A DNA stretch of 64,000 nucleotides from a virus (IMGVR_UViG_3300043172_001414), one strand, 5' to 3'; positions 39,192 to 49,751 are shown, counted from the first letter of the stretch. Translations and numbers: made by a program. The notes: generated by a model not told the origin, from the letters alone.

Positions 39192-40157
39192 ATGTACAAA
39201 AAACGAGAATTCGATCTGAACGGAATGTTAGGAAAAATAATAGATAATGAGACCAAGAAAACATACAACAATGATGACGAGAATCTTTACAAGCCAAATG
39301 CGAAAGCTAATGGTGGTAACTATTCATCAATCATCAGATTCTTACCCCCTACAGAAGGTGAGCCACTTCCATTCGTAAAACGCTTTTCACACGGCTGGGA
39401 AGATGTTGGTGGATGGTTTATTAACAACTGTCCTTCTACCCTTGGTGAAGACTGTCCTGTTTGTAAGGAAAACGGAAGAATTTGGAAATCTCAGGAATCA
39501 ATCGCTAGACCTAGATCTAGAAAAGCATCTTTTTACACCAATATCTTAGTGATAAAAGACAAGCAGAATCCTGAACTTGAAGGTAAAGTATTAAAATATC
39601 GTTACGGTGTTAAGATCCATGAGAAAATCATGGCTAAACTTAATCCTGAAGATGAGGACTTCGAGCCAAAAGTAATAGTGTTTGACTATGAGACAGGTGC
39701 TAATTTCAAATTAATCATCAAAACCATAGATTCAAGTGGAAAGAAATTTCTTAACTATGACTCTTCTGAGTTCGCTACACCTGGCCCAATAGGTGAAGGT
39801 AAAACTCCTTATACTGATGAACAAATCGGTGAAGTAGATTCGAGATTATTTCCTCTACAACCACTCATTGCTAAATCAGAGTTCAAATCATATGAGTTCC
39901 TTGCAAATGAATTCATTAAAAGAACTGGGATCGTAATTGGAACTGATCCTTCAGCTTTGCCGCAAGCAAAAACAGCTGAAGCACCAGTAGCCCCAAAGGT
40001 AGAACAGGTTGTAGTCAGTGATGACATCAGCTTCGACAACACATCATCAGATGTAGATCTGTCCTCTGAGAAAGCCCCTGCCCAGGCAGCTGCAACAACA
40101 GAGTCAGAAACTGCAAAGTCTGATGCTGCGGACAAAGACTACTTCGACGACATGTAA
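39192..40157 (+). CDS. 32: ssDNA-binding protein gp32
   Basis: Zinc site (HGWEDVGGWFINNCPSTLGEDCPVCK); IIRFLPP resembles T4 VIRFLPS; acidic C-terminus (DKDYFDDM). Confidence 0.85.
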   Translation: MYKKREFDLNGMLGKIIDNETKKTYNNDDENLYKPNAKANGGNYSSIIRFLPPTEGEPLPFVKRFSHGWEDVGGWFINNCPSTLGEDCPVCKENGRIWKSQESIARPRSRKASFYTNILVIKDKQNPELEGKVLKYRYGVKIHEKIMAKLNPEDEDFEPKVIVFDYETGANFKLIIKTIDSSGKKFLNYDSSEFATPGPIGEGKTPYTDEQIGEVDSRLFPLQPLIAKSEFKSYEFLANEFIKRTGIVIGTDPSALPQAKTAEAPVAPKVEQVVVSDDISFDNTSSDVDLSSEKAPAQAAATTESETAKSDAADKDYFDDM

Positions 40158-40163
40158 TATTAA

Positions 40164-40191
40164 AGGGCTGTGGTTAGCTACAGCCCTTTTT
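40164..40191 (+). terminator. Rho-independent terminator after gene 32
   Basis: Stem AGGGCTGT/ACAGCCCT followed by TTTT. Confidence 0.7.
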
Positions 40192-40201
40192 AAGGTTTAA
40201 G

Positions 40202-41212
40202 ATGAATAAGAAACTTGAAGCACAAATTTTAGAAAAATTCTTAAAACTTACTGTAGGTCGATTTGATCAAGCTATTATTAAAGATGGTGAAATCCAGATC
40301 AACTGCAATATCTGTGGAGACTCAGAAAAAAAGAATAAATTAAGAGGACACTTAAAGCGTGGTGAATCCGAAGATTTTTGGTTTTACAAATGTTTTAATG
40401 CAGGTTGCTCAGCTTCTGACGTATGGTCAGCAAGAAGATGGTTGAAAGAAACCGACATCTCTAATTACAAACTCTACTGTAAAGAGAGCTTGGAATATAA
40501 TAATATTAAAAGAAAACACGTAGGGTCAACTGAAGTAACCCCTGCTAATATAGCTCCTATCAAAAAAGAACCAGATGCTTATTCCTATATGAAAGACTTC
40601 AGACCGATGAATCATTCTAACGAACTTATCTTTAGAAAAGCAATTCATCAATGTCAACAACGTCAAATACCAGAACACATCTATAGTAAGTTCATGGTTG
40701 CCGTTGACGGCCCTTACTATGATAGAATGATTATTCCATTCTACGATCATAAGGATAAGTTCTACTACTTTCAGGCTCGCACACTATCTAATAAAGAACC
40801 TAAGTACCTTAACATGAAAGGCCGCAAAGAGTCTGCAATATATAACCTATATAATATTGATCATAGTAAACCAGTCATTGTTACGGAAGGCCCCATAGAT
40901 TCAATGTTCGTCGATAATGCCATTGCATCTCTTGGTTTAGATATGTCTAAGAGTATGAAAAAGACATTGAACAAATTAGACTGCTACTACTTATTCGATA
41001 ACGATAAAGCAGGTAAGGCTCAAGCTAAGAAGTACTACCACAACGGTCATAAGGTTTTTATCTGGGAAAAGTTTAAACACTATAACCATAAGCATAAAGA
41101 CATTAACGATATAATATTAAACTGTGACACGAAACACTTTAGTTTTGAAGATCTTGCGAGCTGCTTTGACAACTCCTATAGCGACTACCGCTATTACCTG
41201 GGGAAATACTAA
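40202..41212 (+). CDS. 61: DNA primase gp61 (zinc finger plus TOPRIM)
   Basis: CNICGD…CFNAGC zinc ribbon; TOPRIM motifs IVTEGPIDSMF and YYLFDNDKAG; 336 aa. Confidence 0.8.
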   Translation: MNKKLEAQILEKFLKLTVGRFDQAIIKDGEIQINCNICGDSEKKNKLRGHLKRGESEDFWFYKCFNAGCSASDVWSARRWLKETDISNYKLYCKESLEYNNIKRKHVGSTEVTPANIAPIKKEPDAYSYMKDFRPMNHSNELIFRKAIHQCQQRQIPEHIYSKFMVAVDGPYYDRMIIPFYDHKDKFYYFQARTLSNKEPKYLNMKGRKESAIYNLYNIDHSKPVIVTEGPIDSMFVDNAIASLGLDMSKSMKKTLNKLDCYYLFDNDKAGKAQAKKYYHNGHKVFIWEKFKHYNHKHKDINDIILNCDTKHFSFEDLASCFDNSYSDYRYYLGKY

Positions 41213-41637
41213 TGAATCTTGAGAAGCACGAAAATAACGAACTAATCAAAAGCATAAGAGTTGAGATGTCAGTAAAGAATGGTGTCACTGCAAGTGTGAT
41301 GTTTGATTATTATGATAAAGAATTTATGGTGTTTGAGATTTACCATCTAAAGATCGCTGACATTGATAATGTTAGAAGCTTATGTGACAACAAAGGCATG
41401 GCTGTAATTCATATGCAGAATGATAAACTTAAAAATCTGAGCTTATTTAAAATTAAGAATTTTCCCAACAAATCTATTCCTGTTGTTGACAGGCTATCTG
41501 AAGAAGACTACTACTCGTATTCGCCAAAAACTAATATTTCAAACGCTGTATGGACTAGTTCTCACGGAGTTCATGCACCAATTTCAAATACACACCCACA
41601 AGCACCTATCCCTCCTCCAAAGCGTAAGACTAAATGA
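41212..41637 (+). CDS. Hypothetical protein
   Basis: 141-aa ORF. Confidence 0.35.
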   Translation: MNLEKHENNELIKSIRVEMSVKNGVTASVMFDYYDKEFMVFEIYHLKIADIDNVRSLCDNKGMAVIHMQNDKLKNLSLFKIKNFPNKSIPVVDRLSEEDYYSYSPKTNISNAVWTSSHGVHAPISNTHPQAPIPPPKRKTK

Positions 41638-42059
41638 ACAATTGGACATACAAAAAGAAAGAATTTACATCAGAAATGATCAAAGAAAACTTTGGCTTCA
41701 TCTATCTGATCACTAATATAACTACAGGGAAACTGTACATAGGTAAAAAACAGTTTCATAGCTATCGTAAAATAAAACAAAAAGGTAAAAAGAACAGAAA
41801 GCTAGTCATAAAAGAATCTGACTGGAAGAAATATCACGGATCTAGCAAACATCTTCGTGAAGACCTTGATAAAGATGGATTAGATAAGTTTGATCGAACC
41901 ATGATAAAAATATGTAAGACTAAATGGGAACTAACTTACTATGAAGCTGCAGAACAATTTAAAAGACAAGTACTCCTAAAGAAAGATAAAAAAGGTGAAC
42001 GTGTTTATTACAATGAAAACATATTGAATAAATTCTTCCCACCGAGGAAGCAGGTATAA
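41634..42059 (+). CDS. Free-standing GIY-YIG nuclease domain protein (seg-like)
   Basis: FGFIYLITNITTGKLYIGKK, with downstream R…H…E…N residues. Confidence 0.6.
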   Translation: MNNWTYKKKEFTSEMIKENFGFIYLITNITTGKLYIGKKQFHSYRKIKQKGKKNRKLVIKESDWKKYHGSSKHLREDLDKDGLDKFDRTMIKICKTKWELTYYEAAEQFKRQVLLKKDKKGERVYYNENILNKFFPPRKQV

Positions 42060-42060
42060 A

Positions 42061-42903
42061 ATGCTAAAAGACATGCTTATTATTGACAGTCATAACCTCC
42101 TATTCAGAAAGGTTTTTTCTGCTAATAGAGATAAACCATTAGATATGAAGTATGAGTTATTCAAGACCCTTATAATGCGTGAGACCTTCTACTCTATTAA
42201 GAAGTTTAAACCTACACGCCTTGTGTTTGCTATTGACTCTAAGCATAACTGGCGTAAGGCTATATATCCAGACTACAAACATAAGAGAGCAAAAGCAAGA
42301 CAAAAAAGCACAGTTGACTTTGATAAATTCTTTCCTATTGCGGAAGAGTTTTATGCTGATTTCAAGAAGACATTTACAAACTTCATGTTCCTTGATGTTG
42401 ATAAATGTGAAGGCGATGATATCATCGGAGTACTTACTAAAAAACTTAAGGATAACATTATTGCGATATCATCTGATAAGGATATGAATCAATTAAACGA
42501 ACATCCTCACTATCGTCAATACAATCCTATGAAAAGAGAAATGGTTGAATCTCTTAATCCAAAATTCGACTTACAAATTAAAATACTGGTGGGTGACAAG
42601 AATGACAATATCCCAGCAGTCAAGTCTAGATTTGGAATAGTTTCTGCAACTGCAGCTATGGCAGATCTGACAAAGTTTCTTGACGACAATAATCTTAACG
42701 ATGAGTATGAAAGAAATAAAACTCTCATAGATCTTAATCTGATACCAGAGGAATACAAAATCAAGATCATGAATGAATACAATAATTATGATGTTAAACC
42801 ACCTAAGTCTCGTGACATAATTTCGTTTTTTACGAAACATGGCCTTGGAGTTATGTTTGATGAAATGCAAGAGATCTGGGGAACACTCGATAACATAGGA
42901 TGA
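42061..42903 (+). CDS. rnh: RNase H / FEN-family 5'-3' exonuclease (T4 rnh-like)
   Basis: 280 aa; acidic metal-binding clusters (IIDSHN…, CEGDDIIG, SSDKD) typical of the flap endonuclease fold. Confidence 0.7.
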   Translation: MLKDMLIIDSHNLLFRKVFSANRDKPLDMKYELFKTLIMRETFYSIKKFKPTRLVFAIDSKHNWRKAIYPDYKHKRAKARQKSTVDFDKFFPIAEEFYADFKKTFTNFMFLDVDKCEGDDIIGVLTKKLKDNIIAISSDKDMNQLNEHPHYRQYNPMKREMVESLNPKFDLQIKILVGDKNDNIPAVKSRFGIVSATAAMADLTKFLDDNNLNDEYERNKTLIDLNLIPEEYKIKIMNEYNNYDVKPPKSRDIISFFTKHGLGVMFDEMQEIWGTLDNIG

Positions 42904-42936
42904 TAAATAGTTGCATGTCTTTAACACGTAATTATT

Positions 42937-43389
42937 ATGGCAGGTAAATGGTATCAAGGCGTTTATGACGTTCAGAATAAGAAGAAATATATGGGCAACA
43001 GTGCACCAATCTATAGGTCAAGTTGGGAAAAGAGAGCAATGTGGTGGTTGGATAATAACGAAAATATTATTCGATGGGGCAGTGAGATAATCACAATCCC
43101 TTACTTCTACACTGTAGACAACAAAGTCCACAAGTACATAGTAGATTTTTATGCTGAAGCAAAATCTAAAGGTAATAAAATTATTAAGATACTGATTGAA
43201 GTTAAACCTTCAGACCAGTGTGAATACCCTAAGATGCCCAAAAAGAGGACTCAGAAGTCATTGAAGAACTACAGGAACCGTTACTTAATGGTAGAAAAAA
43301 ATAAGTGTAAGTGGACTGCAGCAGAGCAGTATTGCAAGCACAACGGGTATGAGTTTAAAATTATAACGGAACACGAATTATTTTCATAG
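42937..43389 (+). CDS. Hypothetical protein, possibly PD-(D/E)xK-like
   Basis: IVDFYAE…ILIEVK pattern; 150 aa. Confidence 0.3.
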   Translation: MAGKWYQGVYDVQNKKKYMGNSAPIYRSSWEKRAMWWLDNNENIIRWGSEIITIPYFYTVDNKVHKYIVDFYAEAKSKGNKIIKILIEVKPSDQCEYPKMPKKRTQKSLKNYRNRYLMVEKNKCKWTAAEQYCKHNGYEFKIITEHELFS

Positions 43390-43397
43390 GAGTATGC

Positions 43398-46300
43398 ATG
43401 AGCATAAAGGAATTATCAGAATTTACACGTATATCAAAGTATTCAAGATACTTACCAGAGAAACAGAGAAGGGAATCCTGGAAAGAACAGGTTGATCGAA
43501 TGATGGATATGCACAAGACGCATTTAGAGAGCTTGGAAGTTTTCGAAAATGTTAAAGATGAGTGGGCATTTGCTAAAGATATGCTTATGAAAAAACGAGT
43601 ACTTGGCTCGCAACGAGCACTTCAGTTTGGTGGTGATGCGACACTGAAACACAATGCACGTATATACAACTGCTTCAGGATCGATACTGAATTCATAACA
43701 ATAAATGGTGTAAAATCATTTTATGATTTTAGTCATGGTGATAAAACAAAAGTATTAACACATACAGGTGAATGGAAAAATGCCATAGTTAAAAGCTACG
43801 GTAAACAAAACATAAATCAAATAACCTTAAAAAATGGAAGAGGTTCTAAACGAGTATACGCTACTGAAAATCATACATGGATACTAAATGATGGCAGTAG
43901 GACAGAAAATTTGAAAATAGAAGATAAGTTATATAAACGGCCAAATATTTTTAATGACTGGAATTATGACGATGCAACACCAGATGAGAGACTATATTGG
44001 TCATATGGCTTTATATACGGTGATGGTACAACACTAAAAAATAAAGATGGCAACCACACTTATTCAATGGTAAGACTATGTGCAGAAAAAATAAAATACA
44101 AATATCGGTTTGAAGAATTAAACTTTAAAACTAGCACTAGCAATAGCTTGAATGGTGACTATATGGCATACACAGGAACATACTTAAAAACACTGCCAGA
44201 TCCTAATATTGATGACATAAATATTTTAAGAGCGTTTGTTAGAGGGTTTTTAGATGCTGACGGTGAAAAGAATAGAAATTATTCTAAAGACGGCACTGGA
44301 TCTATATTCAAGACCATACAAAATTCCGATGATAAAGCTCAAGAATTTATTAGAAAAGTTTTCCCTGTTGTTGGCGTATATATAAACTCAGAATCTGACA
44401 TCATAAAAGACACTAATTACGGCAAATTATATGCTAAAAAATTCAGCATAAATACTGATATTAATAAATTTTCACCTTCATGGTCAGTGACAGATATTGA
44501 GGAAAATATTTGCTCTGAAACAGTATGGTGCCTGGAAGTCGATGATAATAAATCTTTTGTTATGCCAAACGGTATAGTCACTGGAAATTGTGCATTTCAT
44601 TATGCAGATAGAATAAGAACATTCCAAGAAACCATGTATATGGCTTTATGTGGTTGTGGTGTTGGTTATAGCGTACAGAAACATCACATTAAAAAATTAC
44701 CGAAGATTCAACATGAAAGAAAAGGCGAGAACATAACATATACCATTCCAGACTCTATCGAAGGGTGGGCAGATGCAATTGGTGTATTAGTAGAATCTTT
44801 CTTCGTGTGCAAATCAGAATGGTCAGGATACAATGTTTTATTTGATTACTCAGACATAAGACCTGCCGGAGCCATTATAAAATCAAGCGGATCAAAAGCA
44901 CCAGGCCCAGACGGTCTCAGACGAACTATAGACCATATTAAAAAGATATTTTATACAGCTCTTAATGATGGAAGTAAAAAACTATCAACGCTCCAAGTTC
45001 ATGATATTATTTGTCACATTGCAGACGCTGTAGTTTCAGGTGGAATTAGAAGAGCAGCACTTATCAGCTTATTCTCAAAAGATGACATGGAAATGAGAAA
45101 CTGTAAAACTGGCAAATGGTTTATCGAGAACCCACAAAGAGGTAGAGCCAACAACTCAGTCTTATTAATCAGAGATGAAACGACAGAAGAAGAATTTAGA
45201 GAAATAATTACTTCAGTTAAAGAATATGGTGAACCCGGATTTATATTCAGCGACTCTACTGAGATTGGGTACAATCCTTGCGCTGAAATTGGCTTATACC
45301 CTGTAGACGTTGAATCTGGTAAGTCAGGTGTTGAGTTTTGCAACCTATCTGAGATCAACGCAAAAAAATGTAAAACTCTTGAAGACTTCATGGATTCAGC
45401 TAAAGCAGCAGCCATATTAGGTACGTTCCAGGCATCTTACTCATCCTTCCCATACCTTGGCGAGATCACCGAAAAGATCGTTGCTAAGGAGGCTCTATTA
45501 GGTGTATCTATCACAGGCATGCAAGACAACCCTGATATTGTTTTAGACCCTACAAATCAGCGTCTCGCTGCTCAGGTAGTTAAGAATACTAATAAAGAGA
45601 TCGCAGCTAAGATCGGTATCAATCAAGCAGCAAGAACAACCACTGTTAAACCATCTGGCACATCTTCTATTATCCTATCTACTGGTGCATCTGGTATTCA
45701 CCCAAACCATGCCAAGAGATATATTAGAAGGGTTCAATGTAATAACCAGGAAGAGCCACTTCAGTTTTTCAAGAAGTATAACCCCAGGGCTATAGAAAAG
45801 TCTGTTTGGGATACTAACGGAGTAACCGATGTAATCTCATTCCTATGTGAAGTTCCATCTCAGGCAAGAACCAAGAACGATATTAACGCTCTTAGCCTAT
45901 TAGAAAATGTCAAATCAACTTGGGTTAACTGGGTAGATGAAGGGAAGAACCAAGAGCTATGTGCTCATCCGTCTCTTTCTCACAATGTATCTAATACAAT
46001 CAATATTCTCGAAGGTGAATGGGAAACGGTAGCTGAATACATCTACTACAACCGTAAGTTTTTTGCAGGTATTTCTCTTCTTCCTCAGGAAGGGGATAAG
46101 ATTTATCCTCAAGCTCCTTTCCAAACCGTATACACTCCTAAAGAACTCGTAGACATGTACGGTGATGCTTCGGTATTTGCATCAGGATTAATTATCCATG
46201 CACAGAACGCATTTGATAAAAACTTATATGCAGCCTGTGACTCGTATCTCGGTATCGGTGAGAAACTAGAAATCCCCGACATTCAAAACAGTGAGATTCC

Positions 46301-46565
46301 TGATTCTATCGATAAACTAACCAAGATACTTGAAAAACAAATGTGGGTTAAGAGAGCCGACAAGTTTGCTAACAACTATTTCAATGGTGACAAAAGACAA
46401 ATGACATTTTGCTTAAAAGATGTAGATGCCTGGAAAACCTGGTGTGACGTTGGTAGAGAATATGTTGAAGTCCCATGGGATGAGTTCAATGAAGATAAAG
46501 ATAACACAAAAATTAGTGAAGATGTAGCTTGCTCCGGTGGATCATGTACATTGACACATATTTAA
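43398..46565 (+). CDS. Ribonucleotide reductase large chain containing an in-frame intein (extein about 749 aa; class not assignable by eye, possibly monomeric class II)
   Basis: Active-site motifs NPCAEIGL and CNLSEIN; a 306-aa insertion with intein and LAGLIDADG features. Confidence 0.8.
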   Translation: MSIKELSEFTRISKYSRYLPEKQRRESWKEQVDRMMDMHKTHLESLEVFENVKDEWAFAKDMLMKKRVLGSQRALQFGGDATLKHNARIYNCFRIDTEFITINGVKSFYDFSHGDKTKVLTHTGEWKNAIVKSYGKQNINQITLKNGRGSKRVYATENHTWILNDGSRTENLKIEDKLYKRPNIFNDWNYDDATPDERLYWSYGFIYGDGTTLKNKDGNHTYSMVRLCAEKIKYKYRFEELNFKTSTSNSLNGDYMAYTGTYLKTLPDPNIDDINILRAFVRGFLDADGEKNRNYSKDGTGSIFKTIQNSDDKAQEFIRKVFPVVGVYINSESDIIKDTNYGKLYAKKFSINTDINKFSPSWSVTDIEENICSETVWCLEVDDNKSFVMPNGIVTGNCAFHYADRIRTFQETMYMALCGCGVGYSVQKHHIKKLPKIQHERKGENITYTIPDSIEGWADAIGVLVESFFVCKSEWSGYNVLFDYSDIRPAGAIIKSSGSKAPGPDGLRRTIDHIKKIFYTALNDGSKKLSTLQVHDIICHIADAVVSGGIRRAALISLFSKDDMEMRNCKTGKWFIENPQRGRANNSVLLIRDETTEEEFREIITSVKEYGEPGFIFSDSTEIGYNPCAEIGLYPVDVESGKSGVEFCNLSEINAKKCKTLEDFMDSAKAAAILGTFQASYSSFPYLGEITEKIVAKEALLGVSITGMQDNPDIVLDPTNQRLAAQVVKNTNKEIAAKIGINQAARTTTVKPSGTSSIILSTGASGIHPNHAKRYIRRVQCNNQEEPLQFFKKYNPRAIEKSVWDTNGVTDVISFLCEVPSQARTKNDINALSLLENVKSTWVNWVDEGKNQELCAHPSLSHNVSNTINILEGEWETVAEYIYYNRKFFAGISLLPQEGDKIYPQAPFQTVYTPKELVDMYGDASVFASGLIIHAQNAFDKNLYAACDSYLGIGEKLEIPDIQNSEIPDSIDKLTKILEKQMWVKRADKFANNYFNGDKRQMTFCLKDVDAWKTWCDVGREYVEVPWDEFNEDKDNTKISEDVACSGGSCTLTHI
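43671..44588 (+). mobile_element. Intein with a LAGLIDADG homing endonuclease domain inside the RNR gene
   Basis: Begins with Cys (N|CFRIDTEF); two LAGLIDADG motifs (LYWSYGFIYGDGT, LRAFVRGFLDADGE); C-terminal block FVMPNGIVTGN followed by +1 Cys (CAFHY); 918 nt, in frame. Confidence 0.75.
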
Positions 46566-46572
46566 AAAAAGG

Positions 46573-46899
46573 TTGACTATGAATGAAAATTATGATACAA
46601 TATTGTTTAGAGCAGAAGACTCCGTGTTAATACGAATAAGAGTCAAGGATAATAAACTCACAGACGATATACAACCATTCTTAAATACTCAACTATTCAA
46701 TAGTCTAACAGATTCGACCCTAGTAATAGGGTCTTATTCTGATGGCTCACCATTTAAAGAATTTGCAAGATTAGAACTGAAAACACCTAAAGAAAATAAA
46801 ATAACAATATACAAGAAAGAAAACGTACACGAATATATTAATAGCATTTTGGAGAATATACACAATGAACAGCATCGAGATACACGAAGAACTAAATAA
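46573..46899 (+). CDS. Hypothetical protein
   Basis: 108-aa ORF. Confidence 0.35.
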   Translation: MTMNENYDTILFRAEDSVLIRIRVKDNKLTDDIQPFLNTQLFNSLTDSTLVIGSYSDGSPFKEFARLELKTPKENKITIYKKENVHEYINSILENIHNEQHRDTRRTK

Positions 46900-47671
46900 A
46901 TTTAATGATATAAAATTTTTTGACGAAGGACACAAGTACGTCCTCAAAGATGGAAATCACGCTTCGTCAGTTACAACTCTCTTTAAAGAATTTGAACCTC
47001 CATTCAATAAGAAATTCTGGGCTGAAAAGAAAGCCAAACAACAAGGTGTTTCACCACAAGAAATCATCAATTTATGGGAAGCCAATGGTAAGTTCTCACG
47101 AGAGAAAGGAACACTCTTTCATGCATATGCAGAGAACTACATTGCCAACAGAGTATTCGAACGCCCAATAGGTCTTGATGACAAAATGAACTTCGCTCTC
47201 GATAGACTCGAAGTACTCTTCCATGCATTCTACGAGAAGACAAAAAACTCTCTTATTCCTATCGCTTCAGAACTCGTTATCGGTGATGAAGAGTCAAGAA
47301 CCTGCGGAATGCTGGATCAACTTTACTTCAACAAAAAACATAATGAGTTCCAGATATTTGATTGGAAAACCAACAAACAGATACGTACAGAGCCATTTAA
47401 TAACCAAAAATTATTAACTGAGCTTAACCACTTGGATAACTGCGAGTTAGTAAAATACAGTCTACAGCTATCATGCTACAAGTACATAATCGAAAAGATG
47501 ACCAATATCAAGATTGGAAGCTGCTTCGTTCTGTGGTTTCATGAGAAAAATGAGACTTTTAAGCACTATAAGGTACATGATCTATCTGAAGATGTTGACA
47601 AGCTGTTCAAAAAACGTATACTTACTGTTGAGAGTTCTATGGTAAAAGAACACGAAATGGAATTTATTTAA
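46865..47671 (+). CDS. Putative PD-(D/E)xK family nuclease
   Basis: GMLDQLYF…EFQIFDWKTNK (D…D/E-x-K arrangement); 268 aa. Confidence 0.4.
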   Translation: MNSIEIHEELNKFNDIKFFDEGHKYVLKDGNHASSVTTLFKEFEPPFNKKFWAEKKAKQQGVSPQEIINLWEANGKFSREKGTLFHAYAENYIANRVFERPIGLDDKMNFALDRLEVLFHAFYEKTKNSLIPIASELVIGDEESRTCGMLDQLYFNKKHNEFQIFDWKTNKQIRTEPFNNQKLLTELNHLDNCELVKYSLQLSCYKYIIEKMTNIKIGSCFVLWFHEKNETFKHYKVHDLSEDVDKLFKKRILTVESSMVKEHEMEFI

Positions 47672-47702
47672 TAATAAATATATACTTCAGTTAATATTTA
47701 AC

Positions 47703-47731
47703 TTGACTTTATCGCTATAAATTAATATACT
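47703..47731 (+). promoter_or_regulatory. Sigma70-type early promoter TTGACT-17-TATACT followed by AGTACATAAAAAAT
   Basis: Upstream of the ORF at 47770. Confidence 0.6.
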
Positions 47732-47769
47732 AATGATAGTAGTACATAAAAAATATTAACTGAGGTATC

Positions 47770-48309
47770 ATGAATCAGATTATTGCAAGTTTTGATAAAG
47801 ATTTCATAATAGATCAAATTTCAAAAGCAGATTCTGGTCTGCAAGCATTCTCCGCTTATCTCATAGATCCGATGACTAACAGAGTACTTAAAGATGTTAG
47901 AAAAGCGAAAACTATAGTAGCAAAGGACTTGGATATATTCGATAAGTTTATATCAAACAGAAACCAGACCAACCCATATTACATCATAAATATTCAGAAG
48001 ATTAAGATCAGCGACTCGCTAACTAAAGTGTTCCCAGTCAGATCTGGTATGAAGTATATTTACATGTGGTCTACGGGTAATCAAATATTCAATACCTTCA
48101 ATTACAATACTCTGAAAGAAAACAAAGACTTTAGTTATCTCCTATACAATAATAAGAACTTCCATGCATTCATAAATGAAGCTAACAAGTTCTATGTAGA
48201 TAACAAACTTAACTTTTCTACTATCCCGTTTAGTACTGGTAAAGCCATAGCAAAAGGATCGGTATACGAGTTGAACCTTAAGTTCAGAAAACCAAAGCAG
48301 GTAGAATAA
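47770..48309 (+). CDS. Hypothetical protein
   Basis: 179-aa ORF downstream of an early promoter at about 47703. Confidence 0.4.
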   Translation: MNQIIASFDKDFIIDQISKADSGLQAFSAYLIDPMTNRVLKDVRKAKTIVAKDLDIFDKFISNRNQTNPYYIINIQKIKISDSLTKVFPVRSGMKYIYMWSTGNQIFNTFNYNTLKENKDFSYLLYNNKNFHAFINEANKFYVDNKLNFSTIPFSTGKAIAKGSVYELNLKFRKPKQVE

Positions 48310-48614
48310 TGGGGGCGTTAATGGAAGGAAACCCAGAAGATAAACAACCAAATCTCAATGTAGAGAATTATATCGTTGAGCAGGTTAACATGGCAGTCAG
48401 TAGAGTTGAAGATGATCTCACTGAAAGCCTTATAGATTTTCTAGACGAACACCTCGACACACAAATCAACGAACTCGTTGAAACTAAAGTTATCGAGAAG
48501 TGTCTTGCCATTAACGACAATGTTTCTGCAGTACTAAATTCAAGAGATGAAGAAGAAATTGTACGTAAATTTTGTCAAAAGTTTATGTCGAAAGCTAAAA
48601 AAAACAAAACGTGA
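48309..48614 (+). CDS. Hypothetical acidic protein
   Basis: 101-aa ORF. Confidence 0.3.
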   Translation: MGALMEGNPEDKQPNLNVENYIVEQVNMAVSRVEDDLTESLIDFLDEHLDTQINELVETKVIEKCLAINDNVSAVLNSRDEEEIVRKFCQKFMSKAKKNKT

Positions 48615-48636
48615 TGGATCGCATCAGGAGTGTGTA

Positions 48637-49350
48637 ATGGAAAAACTAGAATATAATAAGGATACTCTAGACATAATCAAAAGTTTATCTTGCTTAAGTA
48701 AAGCAATCATATTCGAAAAGGCAGAAGAAGGTAAAAAGATTTTAGTGAACTCAGGGGATCTATCTGCAATGATAGTCTATCGCCTTGAAGCGCCACTCAG
48801 TCATTTTGGATTCAACGGTGAACAATGTGCGTTCTACGAATTCCCTGACTTTCATGATTTAATGTCTATCCTTGAAGACTGCGATATCTTTCAGAAAGGT
48901 GATATACTTACTTTAGTTTCGGGTAATACGAAGATCAAATACCTAACATCCGAACCTGAGTTAATCACAGGCGATGGTGATAATGAATTTGATGGGGTTG
49001 AATGGAGCGAGACCGTTGGGTCTTTTACTATTGGCTTTGACGACCTTAAAAAGATTAACAAACTAAAGTCTTCAATCAAAGCTAACTCTATCACTATTGA
49101 TATTGTTAAGAACGACATCAAGTTTACTTTCTTTAATAAAGAGAGTGAAAACACTTGTGAAGATTCGTTCGCTAATGACACTGAAAATATCGATGCTTAC
49201 ACTTTCTTAATCTCTACTGAGATCTTTGATAGAATCCCCCTAGCTAACTATACCATCGAGTTCGATGAGAACGGCCTTGTTAGATTTAAAATGTTATCTG
49301 AAGGTATCAGTCTTGATATCTACACTGGTCAAATGGAAGAGGATATCTAA
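48637..49350 (+). CDS. 45: Sliding clamp gp45 (start taken at the internal Met of the tracked ORF 48547..49350)
   Basis: 237 aa; N-terminus MEKLEYNKDTLDIIKSLSCLSKAIIF parallels T4 gp45 MKLSKDTTALLKNFATINSGIML; AGGAG ribosome-binding site upstream; adjacent to gp44. Confidence 0.6.
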   Translation: MEKLEYNKDTLDIIKSLSCLSKAIIFEKAEEGKKILVNSGDLSAMIVYRLEAPLSHFGFNGEQCAFYEFPDFHDLMSILEDCDIFQKGDILTLVSGNTKIKYLTSEPELITGDGDNEFDGVEWSETVGSFTIGFDDLKKINKLKSSIKANSITIDIVKNDIKFTFFNKESENTCEDSFANDTENIDAYTFLISTEIFDRIPLANYTIEFDENGLVRFKMLSEGISLDIYTGQMEEDI

Positions 49351-49751
49351 TGGAGAAAGAAGAATACGATTTACCAGAAGTCGAAGAGGTCTATTTTGAT
49401 ACTAAGAGTCATGACCTCGTTGACAGCGATCAGATCACCAGTGCATACGAACAGACACCAGAGACACCATTCGAAAGAATTAAACACTCCGCTGCTTCGT
49501 ATGACCTTAAGATTCTAGATCCTAAGCCTAATTGCAGAAAATGTAATGGGCGTGGGTATCTTGGAATCAGAGTTGATCCTGTAACCAATAAAGCAACTGA
49601 AATACCAGTACCATGTCCATGTATCTACCCTAAACCTACAACTGTAGATGAGAAGATTCAGCGAGACTCGGCACAACACATCCAAAGTATTAAATACATG
49701 AATAGAAAACAGAGACGTGAAAAAGAAAAACTAATGAAAAAGAAAGGTTGA
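49350..49751 (+). CDS. Hypothetical zinc-ribbon protein
   Basis: CRKCNGRG…PCPC; 133 aa between gp45 and gp44. Confidence 0.35.
   Translation: MEKEEYDLPEVEEVYFDTKSHDLVDSDQITSAYEQTPETPFERIKHSAASYDLKILDPKPNCRKCNGRGYLGIRVDPVTNKATEIPVPCPCIYPKPTTVDEKIQRDSAQHIQSIKYMNRKQRREKEKLMKKKG

Noticed and set aside
48547-48636. The N-terminal 30 codons of the tracked gp45 ORF (MKKKLYVNFVKSLCRKLKKTKRDGSHQECV)
   Set aside because: This overlaps the preceding ORF. The AGGAG ribosome-binding site and the gp45-like N-terminus point to the internal Met at 48637.
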